From: Chrysomallon squamiferum
Taxonomy: Eukaryota > Animalia > Mollusca
Assembly: GCA_012295275.1 (NCBI GenBank)
Contig: CM022666.1
Coordinates: 13,888,001-13,952,000, forward strand
Direction of reading: 5' to 3'
DNA: 64,000 nucleotides
The notes beneath the pieces are model-generated. The model did no database searches, was not told the DNA's origin, and saw only the letters and a list, made by a program, of their open reading frames with translations. Each line of letters begins with the position of its first letter. The stretch's first letter is position 1. Below are positions 50,337 through 62,521 of this stretch, one piece after another. A program made the translations under genes and the position numbers.

Positions 50337-52424
50337 ACAATCAGTGTCTCTAACTACGTCATCGCTGACAAATGAAGCTGCTGTTTGTTCTCTTGTGATA
50401 AAGACAGATACGTTTTACTATACGCAGAAGTATGAACTATGAAAATGAATTTCCATGTGTTCGTGATAAATGTGAATTTGAAAATGCAAGTGGAAAATGA
50501 TGTTTTGTGATGGGAAAAAAATATGTGATATGTATCTTGAAGATTTTGATAGCATCACATAAAGATGTGATATGATAGTGTGAGGCTGAATTTGAAAATC
50601 CGTAACGTTATATATATAAAAAAAAAAGCATTACAGTAATGAAATTTTACACAACCTCAAATAATTATATATGAATGGGAATATATAATATATGTGAAAC
50701 AAGAAACATAAATACCAGTTATATTATGAACAAGAAATGAAACAATGAGAATATAATTACCAAGATAAAGCAGCATTAAATTATGTACGCAATATGAATA
50801 ATGTAAGAGATTTGTACGAACAGTTTTGTATGAAAATAACAGATCTACAGCAAAATAAACTGCTGTATGATTTGCACCAAAGAAAGATAGATCATACGTT
50901 ACAAAGCCTTTTGCGTGGATGTGTGAAAAAAAGTGGATCTTTTGACAGTTACGTGGATCAAAAAGTAACGACACGTTCCATATTATATCGTAGTTCTGTG
51001 AAGAGATGTAACTACTTTAAGAATAGAATAAACGCAACCATCAAAAGTGTCACACACGAAAATATCATATGCTATGAAAGATTATGTAATTATTTCTAGA
51101 ATGTACATATTAAGAAAAAATATATATGTTTATAAGTGTATCTAAATTAAAAAAAAAAAAAAAGTGATGTGATATATTCAAATGACAAACTAGATCACAG
51201 AAAATTTGATATTTTAAAGAATGGAACAACTCTTTAGTTGCAGATCCATGGTTTGTTTTAAGGGTGTACACAAACACGAGTTGACTAATTCAGAAAGTGA
51301 TCTATCATTTATCTGCTAACAGCAGTCGAATCTTTGGTATATATATATAAGAAAAAAAAAGATTTTTTATCAAAAACGTAAAATTAAGACATAGTACTAG
51401 TGCAAGCAGAATTGTTAACCATATAATAAAATATTATTAAACAGTATTTAATATTTCTTGGTAATTTTATAATACTGTTTAAACATGAATTAAACATATT
51501 TTAAGTGAGTCATTCAAGCTGACGTCTTCCCTTGTCTGGCTTCACGCGTGGCGTTACTAGGCAACGAGAAATTGACAGATCATCTGAATATAAAAAATAT
51601 AAAAAACCACTGATTTGTATAGTCATACATAAAAGTTAAGGTTACGGTATAACTGTATTTGTAATGTTGCGGTCTTTACCCAGAAAGTCCCAAAGGCGTT
51701 ACTAGTTAAAAAGAAATGGACAGACCGTAATTCACTGCTAAGTATAGTTATATACAAAAGTTAAGGTTACGATATGACAGTTTTTGTGATGTTACGATTT
51801 CATATAGAAAGTTCTAAAGGCAAACGCTGTCTGGTGTATTTACCGGTTTGTAAGAAATGACAGTAACTTTTTTGTTTTGTATACACGTTGTTATGTATTA
51901 ACAATAATTACACAGTATTTTCGTGTAATATCCATCGGTCTGTCTCTCTATCTGATTATCAATCTGTCTATCCATCTATCTATCTGTCAGACTATATATA
52001 TATACGTATATATGACACTTACGTAATATATATATTTTTTAATATTGGTTTTATTTTTCTATAACGGAAAATAAAACAATACATTTTATATGAAAATTAA
52101 TAAATAAATAAAAATAAATAAATAATAAAGAATTAAAACTGCGCATTTCACTTCAGCTATAACATATACAAAATAAATAATAATTATATTAATAATTATA
52201 TAACGAATGCAGTCCAAACAATTAATTCTTATATGTTGATGCATGCTACAGAAATTAATCAGTAAAGTGTAATGAATGATACATCTTTGTCACGTGATGA
52301 GCTGGTCCAGTATATAACACTGTATATTCTCATAAGTTAAAACATTTAAGCAATAATTCTTATACATTTCTATTACGAGTTATGTCCAGCTGTGTATCGT
52401 TAATTGTCTTATATGCTATCTGTA

Positions 52425-52680
52425 AATCCATTGTTAATTCTATTGTACATTATATGTAAATGGTAATAACATATATGTATTGTTAATTCTCTTCTACGCT
52501 ATATATAAATGATAACATCAATCCATTGTTAATTCTATTGTACATTGTGTGTAAATGGTAATAACATATATGTATTGTTAATTCTCTTCTACGCTATATA
52601 TAAATATTAACATCAATCCATTGTTAATTCTCTTGTACACTGTCTACAAATGATAACATACGTGCAGTACTAATTCTTAT
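52425..52680. repeat. 95-bp tandem repeat (~2.6 copies, each a dimer of ~47-bp subunits) downstream of the cadherin stop
   Basis: aatccattgttaattc recurs at 52425, 52520 and 52615. Confidence 0.85.
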
Positions 52681-53038
52681 GTCCGAAATTTATACATGAT
52701 ATCTATTTTATTTGTTGTTCACGTATTTAGTTATTTTTGTTTTATTTTCAAACCATTGATCCATGAATTGAATGCCAGAAATTCGTTCAAATGTTGTTGT
52801 TTTTTAAAATGATTTGTACATTATCATTTTGCTATTAAAATGTGAATCGTTAGTATTTATGAAAATAACTGTTTTGTCTCGTATAATTAAAATTCAAAAA
52901 TATTAATAGCTATTCAGTACATTGAGTTAATAATATAGCCTACGAAATGGTTATTATTATTATTATTAATTATTTATATTTTTCGGTGTTACTGGAGATT
53001 GAAATAAAATTCATATAAATATATAAATAAATAAATAA

Positions 53039-53077
<39 letters not shown>

Positions 53078-53363
53078 AAACATAACTTGAAATTACGTAG
53101 ATTATAGAACTTAGACTGTTTGTTTCACCAAAATTACATTTTAAATTTTAACAATTTGTTTTCATTGTTTTCGAGTGATTGAATATGTCAGAGCCATAGA
53201 CACAATAAACCTTTGTAATATATGTTTGTATATTAATGAATTTTTAATTTTGTTTTCTTGTCGAAATAAAAATAAAATTCTACTTTAGATTAGTTTTTGT
53301 CTTTTGTTAATTTCAGTCGTGATTACGTTACGACGAAATCTGAGGATATGTGTTACTAACAGT

Positions 53364-53431
<68 letters not shown>

Positions 53432-53450
53432 ACCCCATACTTGTCCACAA

Positions 53451-53552
53451 TGACGTCATGGAAACAGATGACGTAATACATTCATGACGTCTTGAAAAGC
53501 AAACTGACACTTAATTAAAATAACAACGAGGCAGTGTTCAGTACGTTATAAA
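53451..53552 (+). promoter_or_regulatory. Clustered CRE/ATF sites plus TATA box upstream of the small intronless gene
   Basis: TGACGTCA 53451-53458, TGACGTAA 53469-53476, TGACGTCT 53485-53492, TATAAA 53547-53552; (GA)n immediately upstream. Confidence 0.55.
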
Positions 53553-53695
53553 TCTTAAACAAAATTTACAAAAATAAGAAACAAAAGAAGAAAAAGAAAG
53601 AAAAAAAAAAGAAAAAAAAAAAAAAAAAAAAAAAAAAGAAAAAAGAAAAAGAAGAAAAAAAAAAAAGGAAAACGGAAGAAAAAAATCCTATAAAC

Positions 53696-53908
53696 ATGAC
53701 TACCAGTTGTTACAGACTCCTTCCAGAAAAGTGCGGACAGAAACGTGTAACGTTTCAACAGCCGGTGTGCGAGTACATTCAGGAACTGGACAAGGATTAC
53801 AGCAGAACCGTGAAGAAAATCATGAGCGGCATGGAAGACCTGCAACGTATGGAGCGCGACAGATCTTCAAGCTGGCAGCGAATTACCGTGAACTTGAAAC
53901 GAAGATGA
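53696..53908 (+). CDS. Small intronless ORF1 (70 aa) with KRVTF (RVxF-type) motif and helical C-half; probably the N-terminal part of a frameshifted ~126-aa coiled-coil protein
   Basis: aaacATG context and coding-like composition in an AT-rich background; upstream CREs and TATA; overlapped along its whole length by an open -1 frame; no family recognised. Confidence 0.55.
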   Translation: MTTSCYRLLPEKCGQKRVTFQQPVCEYIQELDKDYSRTVKKIMSGMEDLQRMERDRSSSWQRITVNLKRR

Positions 53909-54078
53909 AAAGACTCAAAATACAGACGACCGTTTTAGTGGAGGAATCTGGCATGCAGACGAAAGAGTTCGAAAAAGTGTATTTCCTGGACGCTGCGGTT
54001 CGTCAGTTGCAACGCAATGCCAAGAAAATGTGCTTCGGTTTCCCAACGTATGTGCCGGGTGCAAAATGTCAGAGCTAA
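53905..54078 (+). CDS. Small ORF2 (57 aa from ATG 53905; the -1 frame is already open upstream), probable C-terminal part of the same unit
   Basis: ATG 53905-53907 overlaps the ORF1 TGA 53906-53908 (ATGA). The frame reads QIFKLAANYRELETKMKRLKIQTTVLVEESGMQTKEFEKVYFLDAAVRQLQRNAKKMCFGFPTYVPGAKCQS and is followed by AATAAA at 54228. Confidence 0.5.
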   Translation: MKRLKIQTTVLVEESGMQTKEFEKVYFLDAAVRQLQRNAKKMCFGFPTYVPGAKCQS

Positions 54079-54227
54079 TTATAGCATCGATGGTTTACAC
54101 TGACTGATATTTCATACTATGTATTTCTAATCTTTTATATTTAAGAGCAGTTTAAGATAATTTTGTAATAGAATATAATGTATATAATTCTTATTGTATG
54201 CATTTTATTAAAATATATGAGAAATTA

Positions 54228-54233
54228 AATAAA
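54228..54233 (+). terminator. Polyadenylation signal for the small intronless gene
   Basis: AATAAA 150 nt after the TAA at 54078, followed by a T-rich downstream element (54250-54330). Confidence 0.45.
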
Positions 54234-54792
54234 GTATAATTTGTGAAGATTTCCTTTTCTTCTATTTTATTTTTGTTTTTACGATTTTCGTTCTTTCTGT
54301 CTCTTCCTTACCAATTTTGTTTTCTTTTCAAATACGCCAAAAGGTTATAATTCAAATACTGCCTACGTCATCAAAACAAAAATCAATCAATCAATCAATC
54401 GATCAGTCAATAATAATAATAATAATAATAAAAACAAGACAAAAAATATAAAAAAAAAAACAAAACAAAAAGAAATCAACGAAAGAAACAATGATTATGG
54501 CGACAACACATCAATAATAACACCAACAACAGCAACAATAATAATCATGGTGATGATGATGACCACACACATAATAGATAAAGCCTAGGAATGAAGTGGA
54601 TAAATGATCGTGTCAAAACAAACCGAAACAAAAATCTTGTCGTGTCATGGCAGCCATAAATTTAAATAACATGAATGTACTAATAAGTATATATTCACTG
54701 AACAGAAGCGCAAGACATTTTCATACATGACGAAACAGTAAATTTAATAAAGGCTTCATTTCATGTATACAGACACTCACACGCACACACAT

Positions 54793-54823
<31 letters not shown>

Positions 54824-55189
54824 CTGTTTAAATATATAAAAGATAAATTAATGCAGATGTGAATACCTGAAGAAAGAATGACAGCAGATTAATATATTAC
54901 GATTATGCATAACAATAATTAACATTATATATATTTACGTTATATATATATATATAAGAAAAAATAAATCATAAATCGAATAACAATGTAAAGGAAATTT
55001 TAAAGCGTAATTAAATATTATTTTGTGTACTTCCAAACTTTTATTTCTTACGACCAAATTTTAATTAAAAAAAAAAAAAAAAAAAAAAACAGAACTATAA
55101 TAAATCAAAATAAAACTTGTGAAGTCAAAGGGAGGATGACAGAGTTTCTCATCCTCAGTTTGCAAAAATGGTAATAACAGACTGAATAA

Positions 55190-55248
55190 TGTATCAAAAC
55201 TCTGAGGTCGTCTACTCAACTTGTTAAGTCTGATATTGCTGAAAATAA

Positions 55249-55279
<31 letters not shown>

Positions 55280-55285
55280 GTAACT
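55190..55285 (+). mobile_element. Possible SINE 3' tail remnant ending in (TAAC)n
   Basis: ...ctgatattgctgaaaataat followed by a (TAAC)n tail resembles SINE 3' ends; no head identified. Confidence 0.25.
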
Positions 55286-55319
55286 AAATAAATATTACTA
55301 CAACAACAACAACAACAAC

Positions 55320-55387
<68 letters not shown>

Positions 55388-55559
55388 TGCATATTTCCAA
55401 CGCATTATTAATCATGCACGTTATCTTGTATGTATGTATATAGGTTATTAGGTAGGTATGAATATGAGTGGTTTTAAGTATAAATGTATAGTTATGTATA
55501 CATTTTAATCAATTAGTTGACTGACTAAATAAAAAGATGGAAGAAATTAAGAAAGAAGA

Positions 55560-55637
55560 AGAAAGTGAATTATATGCTTCGACAATAAAGGAGGAAAATA
55601 TAACTAACTTATGAAGGGACGTAACTCGGCGACATCC
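55560..55637 (+). other. Candidate non-coding first exon of TTC14
   Basis: CpG-containing patch ending cggcgacatcc|gtaagt (donor at 55638). The coding exon has an acceptor (57289, or the duplicate at 57206) upstream of the ATG, so an upstream exon is expected. The 5' boundary is approximate. Confidence 0.45.
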
Positions 55638-56181
55638 GTAAGTGTTAAAAAATAAAGAAAAAGGGATTATGCATTTTAGAGCATGTTCGATGGTATAATG
55701 ATATTTATTTTAGTTGACTTTTTGCATGTTTTGCATAATTTTGATTAGAAAAGCATTGTGCATTGATTATTAGTATGGTTCGGTTGCTTAAAGCAAGTAT
55801 TAGTAATATATAAAATAAATTATATTAAAAAATCTAAAATAAAAAATCTAAAAATAGCAAAATGAAACTAGTTTAAAATTAGATCAACAAATTCTGATTC
55901 TTGACACATACAGCATATTGAACACAATGACTTGATAGTGAAGGATGAGAGCTACGAACGGTAACAATAGTTACTAAGTGTAAAAGAAAGAAACATGTAT
56001 GTACACAAGGATTTTAAATGTATATATATTATTATTACATCATTTAATGGTGTTTTTTTTATATATATATTTTTTTATTTTTACTTTATATTATATTATT
56101 GCTGTACATTTTAGGTTGAGATTTTTTGGAGGAAAAATATAATTAATATTTGTAATAAAATATAAACATCTGTTTATTCTT

Positions 56182-56232
<51 letters not shown>

Positions 56233-56306
56233 TTATTATTAGGTCCTTAAAATTCCATTATTTCAATGTTACCAAATTAAGGTTAAAATTCTTAAATTTC
56301 CAAAAT

Positions 56307-56407
<101 letters not shown>

Positions 56408-57159
56408 TAATAATAATACCAGACCACAAAAATCACATTTTAGCAAAGTTCTTTTCTTCATTTTCCTCATTTCCATATTGTGTTAAAACTCCACTGGTAC
56501 AATAATATATATACTGCAGCACTGTACAGAGATGTATTATGGTTCTTGAGATTTTACTTAATTTGCTACAGTTGTTTAATTACTGCTGGTGCTGATATAT
56601 AAAGAGGTTGTATAAAATTGAATAAATCCTTGTTTGACGGTCAAATCTGTCAGATCAAACAATATTTCCACCAGTGACACAATTAGCCATGCTATCACCA
56701 TGACCAGAGAATAATATTTTCTGGGAACATAATCCATGTTAGCTTAATAAATGACACTGATGTATTTTTGCATACCTTTTAACATTTGGATCACTTTTGT
56801 TTATAAAATAAAGCTGAATAAATAAATATAGTAAATAATTTAGTACAGTTGTAAGATGCATTTAGATAACCACTAAACACAACACTGTAGTGATTTTAAA
56901 TTAATTGCAAAAGCTTTTGGATAAATATGCATAGCAGTAGATGACATTTACAAATGAAAGATTCAAAGAATGATTTATTTATTCAGTGAGCAATTTTCAT
57001 GGTTTTGTATTAAAAAAATAATTCTGAATTAAAATTTCTGATTTGAAACTGAAAAGGAACAACAGTTGATGTTTCAGTTCAGTGATAACATTTTGGTAGT
57101 CAGTGGTTACAAGCATGGCTACAATGTGTTATAAATATATGACAGATTAGTAACTTTAG

Positions 57160-57313
57160 TTACAATGGTATTGATTGGATGATTAGTTGTTGTGTTTTTA
57201 TTACAGAAACTGTGATTGGGTATTGATGAAATTTCTTTTATTTACAATGGTTATTGATTGGATGATTAATTCTTGTGTTTTTATTACAGAAACTATGATT
57301 GGGTATTGATGAA
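57160..57313 (+). repeat. Tandem duplication (period ~83 bp) of the TTC14 3' splice site
   Basis: ttacaatgg..attgattggatgatta..ttgtgtttttattacAG aaact.tgattgggtattgatgaaa occurs twice; the AG ends at 57206 and 57289. Confidence 0.9.
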
Positions 57314-57347
57314 ACCAGGGCATTAAGAGCAGAAACAGCAAGTGACG

Positions 57348-58416
57348 ATGGACATGCAGCTGGTTAGTCAAGCTGTGCAGTTTCATGGTCCTGATTTTGT
57401 GAGAAACCTGACAGCAGAACTCAGAGAACAGATTTTCAGTTCTCTGCCGTCTGACATTGAGAAACATCGACGATTTCATAGATCTCCAGAAATAGGGTTT
57501 GTACACAGCGTACTTCATAAATCATCACTGATGTAGAGTTTAAGCTGGTTATGTTAAAATGTCCAGAAAATAGGGTTTGTACACAGCGTACTTCATAAAT
57601 CATCACTGATGTAGAGTTTAAGCTTGTTATGTTAAAATGTCCAGAAAATAGGGTTTGTACACAGCGTACTTCATAAATCATCACTGATGTAGAGTTTAAG
57701 CTTGTTATGTTAAAATGTCCAGAAAATAGGGTTTGTACATAGCATACTTCATAAATCATCACTGATGTAGAGTTTAAGCTTGTTATGTTAAAATGTCCAG
57801 AAAATAGGGTTTGTACATAGCATACTTCATAAATCATCACTGATGTAGAGTTTAAGCTTGTTATGTTAAAATGTCCAGAAAATAGGGTTTGTACATAGCA
57901 TACTTCATAAATCATCACTGATGTAGAGTTTAAGCTTGTTATGTTAAAATGTCCAGAAAATAGGGTTTGTACATAGCATACTTCATAAATCATCACTGAT
58001 GTAGAGTTTAAGCTTGTTATGTTAAAATGTCCAGAAAATAGGGTTTGTACATAGCATACTTCATAAATCATCACTGATGTAGAGTTTAAGCTTGTTATGT
58101 TAAAATGTCCAGAAAATAGGGTTTGTACACAGCATACTTCATAAATCACTGGTGTAGGGTTAAGCTGGTTATATTTAAATGTATAAAGGTGTAATGATGA
58201 TATGGATAACTATAAATTGCTTCTAGGCAACAGTAAGTTTATCATTAAATAAAACATATCTTCCCTTATTCTACCTTTAATCCTTTTTGATCCTTTTGAC
58301 GGCTATCTGTGATATGCATCACTGTGTAAATTGTATCTGTCTATCTGCCTGTCTGTTTGTCTATCTCACTGTTTGTCTGTATATCTATTTAGTATCTCTC
58401 TCTGTGTGTGTGTGTC

Positions 58417-58463
<47 letters not shown>

Positions 58464-59431
58464 GCAATGACCAAATGTTTAAATGTATTGCAATGCATCA
58501 TCACTGTTGTGGGAAACTGCTGACTTTAGATGGTTTCCTTTGCCAAAAATTATTTTTAAAAACTCATGTTTGACCAGTAATCATTATAATGTATTTTAAA
58601 ATACGAAAAATGTTTAGATTTTTTATTTAATTTTGTTTTTCAGTGATGAGCAGTTTCTGTGTCGAATGAGACAGTTCATTGCCAAGAAAGCAGACATCAT
58701 TTATCAGCCTGTACAAAACAAACCAAATACAGCTGACGAAGATTTCGATGGTTTGTTAATTATTTGTTATGGTTATTGTCATCATCATCATCATCATCAT
58801 CAGATTATTATTATTATTAATATTCTTCTTCTTCACCTTCTTCTTTTTATTACTGTTATTGTTATCAGTATTATTATTAGCATCATTACTATTGTTGTTA
58901 TTGTTATTGTTATTACCATCATATCTGTGAGTAATTATGTGAATTTCTCTTTAATTTTTCAGACAAATATGCCATCTTGCCAGCCCTGGAATCATTTATG
59001 GGCTTGGAGCCAGAAATATGTAAAGAACATTTCTTTAATGCAAGTATTGATATTACTAGCTGTCAGTGTTACTAATTTTAATGTTGCTTGAAAAAGGTAA
59101 ATTATAGTTTTGCTGTTACAAAATTTCTAAAAAAAAAATTTGTCTTCACAGTGAAAGTTATTCATTTATTTAACACGTATTATAGTCTTGGCCATAGTAA
59201 AAGAAAAATTCTGTGAGAAAAACATCCTGTGAGAAAATAAAAACTTTGTGAAAATTTTTAAAATTTAGCTTTGTTAGATTAAGCCATTTTAGACAGCTGC
59301 ACAGTAGAATAATGTAAATATATATTTACAAAGAATAAACTATAAATAAAATTATAATTAAAATATTTTTATATTATTGTTATAAAAATTAATATTTGAG
59401 TTTTTGTTCTACAAGTATGTGATAAATAATT

Positions 59432-59512
<81 letters not shown>

Positions 59513-62486
59513 TTGAAATAAAACTTAGACATTTTATTTCATTATTTTTTTAATATGTATATTTCTCAGAGTCTAGAGAAGAAGGATGTTGTAGTTGGTG
59601 TTGTTACATCACTGATGGAAAGTGGCCTCGTTGTGCACATCCTCTGTCTTGACAACAACAAAGCTCGTGCTGTTGATGATATCAACATCAGTGTAAGATT
59701 TTGTTTGTGTCCGCTTTGATTTTGACTAGTAAAACTGATTTAAAAGTTATATACAGTGTACTGAACTATCTCTCAAATTTTTATTTAAAAATATGTAATA
59801 TAGTATATACTGAAACATCTCTCATATTTGTTTTGTTTTGAAAGTATGTAATATATGGAATTATTTCTTAGTTTTTTTTATATAATATAGATATATGTAT
59901 GTATGTATATATGTATTGAAATTTCTTTCAAATTCTTTGTTTACAATCTCACAAAATATTAAATGTATTAAAATAATTTCTGTTACATCTAATATATTTT
60001 AAATAATGAAAAAGATATTAAAAATACATAATTTGGATATAAATATTAAAAGTTCATCAGAGAGAGACAGAAAAGAAAGATTATTTTAATTTATTAGTTT
60101 AAACTTTCTATTTTAAATTGTGTTTTAGTAAAGATTATGAAAGCAATTTGATGAGAAAAAACTCACAAATCACAACAGAAACTGATTTTTGGACTTTCTT
60201 TTGTCTAGAAACTGTTAATTATTTTTGAAAAAATTTAACTTATAAGATAAAGCTCTACAGATCATGAATAAATGATTCTTACTGATTCTAAATTTTCATA
60301 CTGATTTCTAATATATCAAGTTGTGTGTATAATTATATTGGTTAAATTATTATTTGTGTTAATGTACAAATTCTGAAGCCAGTTTTTACTGTTTTCTGAT
60401 TAAATTCCTGCAGGCTTTTTGTCCAGTGAAAGAACTGCCACGACTTGTTCCAGGAGAAAATGCCACCAGTGGGTACCATGTGAAAGACATAGTGAGAGGT
60501 GAACATTCTAACTCTTAAACGTTCAGTACAGTTTATAGCTCTTTTTTGATGTGCAATAAATTCTTCTTGTTCTCTTTTATTTCTAAAGGTTTTGATACCA
60601 TTGCACCCACTTATAAAAATAGTTGTTACTAGAAACACATGCACACACATGCAGACACACACACATATACACACATAATGTGCATATCCCCAAAACATTC
60701 ACAGATGTAGAATATTGCATATAATGATGGAGCTGTAATGATTAATTTTTGAAATTAATTTTAATAATGATGATAAATTAAACAATAATCCAAAATGTCA
60801 TCCAAAATAAGTACATATCACATTCTAATATTTTTACACAGAATTATATGTTCCTTTCTTGTCTTCTACCTTCTCTGAGATTAAATTATCTTAAGGGTAA
60901 AAGAAAAGAGTTAATTTTTATTTAGATAACACATAGTCTAGGTCCTCGACCAAACCAGTGTGACATATCTAACAGAGATAGGCATTATTAGTCATTGTTT
61001 CTGTTTTGTTTCAGCTGCTGTGTTGAATGTGAACCAGGAAATGAGAAGAATTGTCATTTCTCTACAAGACAGAATGTTTTCATCTGAGGATGCTGTTGTT
61101 CCCAAACTAGTAAGTGTATAAATTAGCAAATTACTAGATATATTACTAATATAGATGCATACTGTCAGTTAAATATAGAATATATTCTTTCTTTTACATA
61201 TATGATGCTCACATACATATATAAAATAAATAAATTATAACGTACATATCTATATACCTACTCATAGATTATATAGATGTACATTGTGTGTTTATATATG
61301 TGTGTGTGTGTGTGTGTGTATGTGTATTTTTATATCTAATGCACACAGCTAGTACATCGTACCTTGTAAAAAATATTCCATTTACTATAGAAATGTTGAC
61401 AGCATTGACATATCATTAAATAAATAAATCTTTAATTAATCTATTTATTATTTTGACATGTACTAACTTAAAAAAATTGTTGTTTTTTAGGGGCTGATAA
61501 GTGAGGATGATTTTCCAGTGTATTACAAGTAAGCTGTTTTTTGTCATTTCTTCATTTTCAAACGTAACAAATAAAATTGTGGTTAAAGAGATTTAACCCA
61601 TGTACTGCAGATCATAAGATCAAATCTCCCTGAGTGATCCTTTTTCTAATGTTTTATTATTATTATTATTATTGTTATTATTATTATTACCAATGTTACT
61701 GTTATTATATTGTTATTATTGTTACTATTATTATTACTGTTATTATTTAATTATTATTATTATTATTATTATTATTATTTATTTAATTTATTTATTTATT
61801 ATTTTTGTCTACCAGACGGACTCTACATGTGAGAGGACTGCCGTTTGAAGAACTGTTACACTCCATCGTCGGTTTTAACAACTCTGGCAACGTTGCTTAC
61901 CTCATCAACGCCCACATGCTGAAAGAGGAGTCGTCGATGATGCATCGTCTACACAAGTAAATATTCATTTTCTTTATCCACAAACTAAATTTTCTCTGCA
62001 GCTTTGAACCCTCCAGTCATCAAATGACAGTATTGCAGCTACTTACTAACTTTTGTTAAGGATCCAAAATTGCTGTCACAGTGATGAAATCAAATTAAAG
62101 AAATGACAATCATGAACCTAAATCATGTTTAAGTTTTATAATATCAGTTCCTAACTGAATGAGATTTAAAATGTTGATTTAAGGATTCAAGTTAGAATTT
62201 ATTTGTTTGTTTGTTTGTTTTCAGTTTACAAATTCCTGAAAAAGAATTTGCCGAGAATCTACGAAAGTCGCAGTCTCAGAAAATGGCTCACAGCAGGTAA
62301 AACTGGTTTGAAGCTTTTCTCATACTGATATTACTTTCTAAGTTACTTGTGACTTTGAAATTGATGTCTACTGTTTCCATTGCAGAAAGTTAATAGTTAT
62401 TATTAAATAATAAATTTACTATTTTCATTAGTACTTGCATTGTGCAATAATAAACACTGTATTACATATGTTTATATGTGAGTATA

Positions 62487-62521
<35 letters not shown>

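Noticed and set aside
50794-51099. 101-aa plus-strand ORF after the cadherin stop
   Set aside because: AT-rich, no recognisable motif or splice context; most likely a chance ORF in the 3' UTR.
54064-54078. C-terminal CaaX prenylation motif in ORF2 (AKCQS)
   Set aside because: The cysteine is third, not fourth, from the C-terminus.
57436-58149. 237-aa minus-strand ORF with 26-aa repeats ([26 protein letters not shown])
   Set aside because: By-product of a 78-bp (multiple of 3) minisatellite lying antisense to a TTC14 exon and intron; no independent coding evidence.
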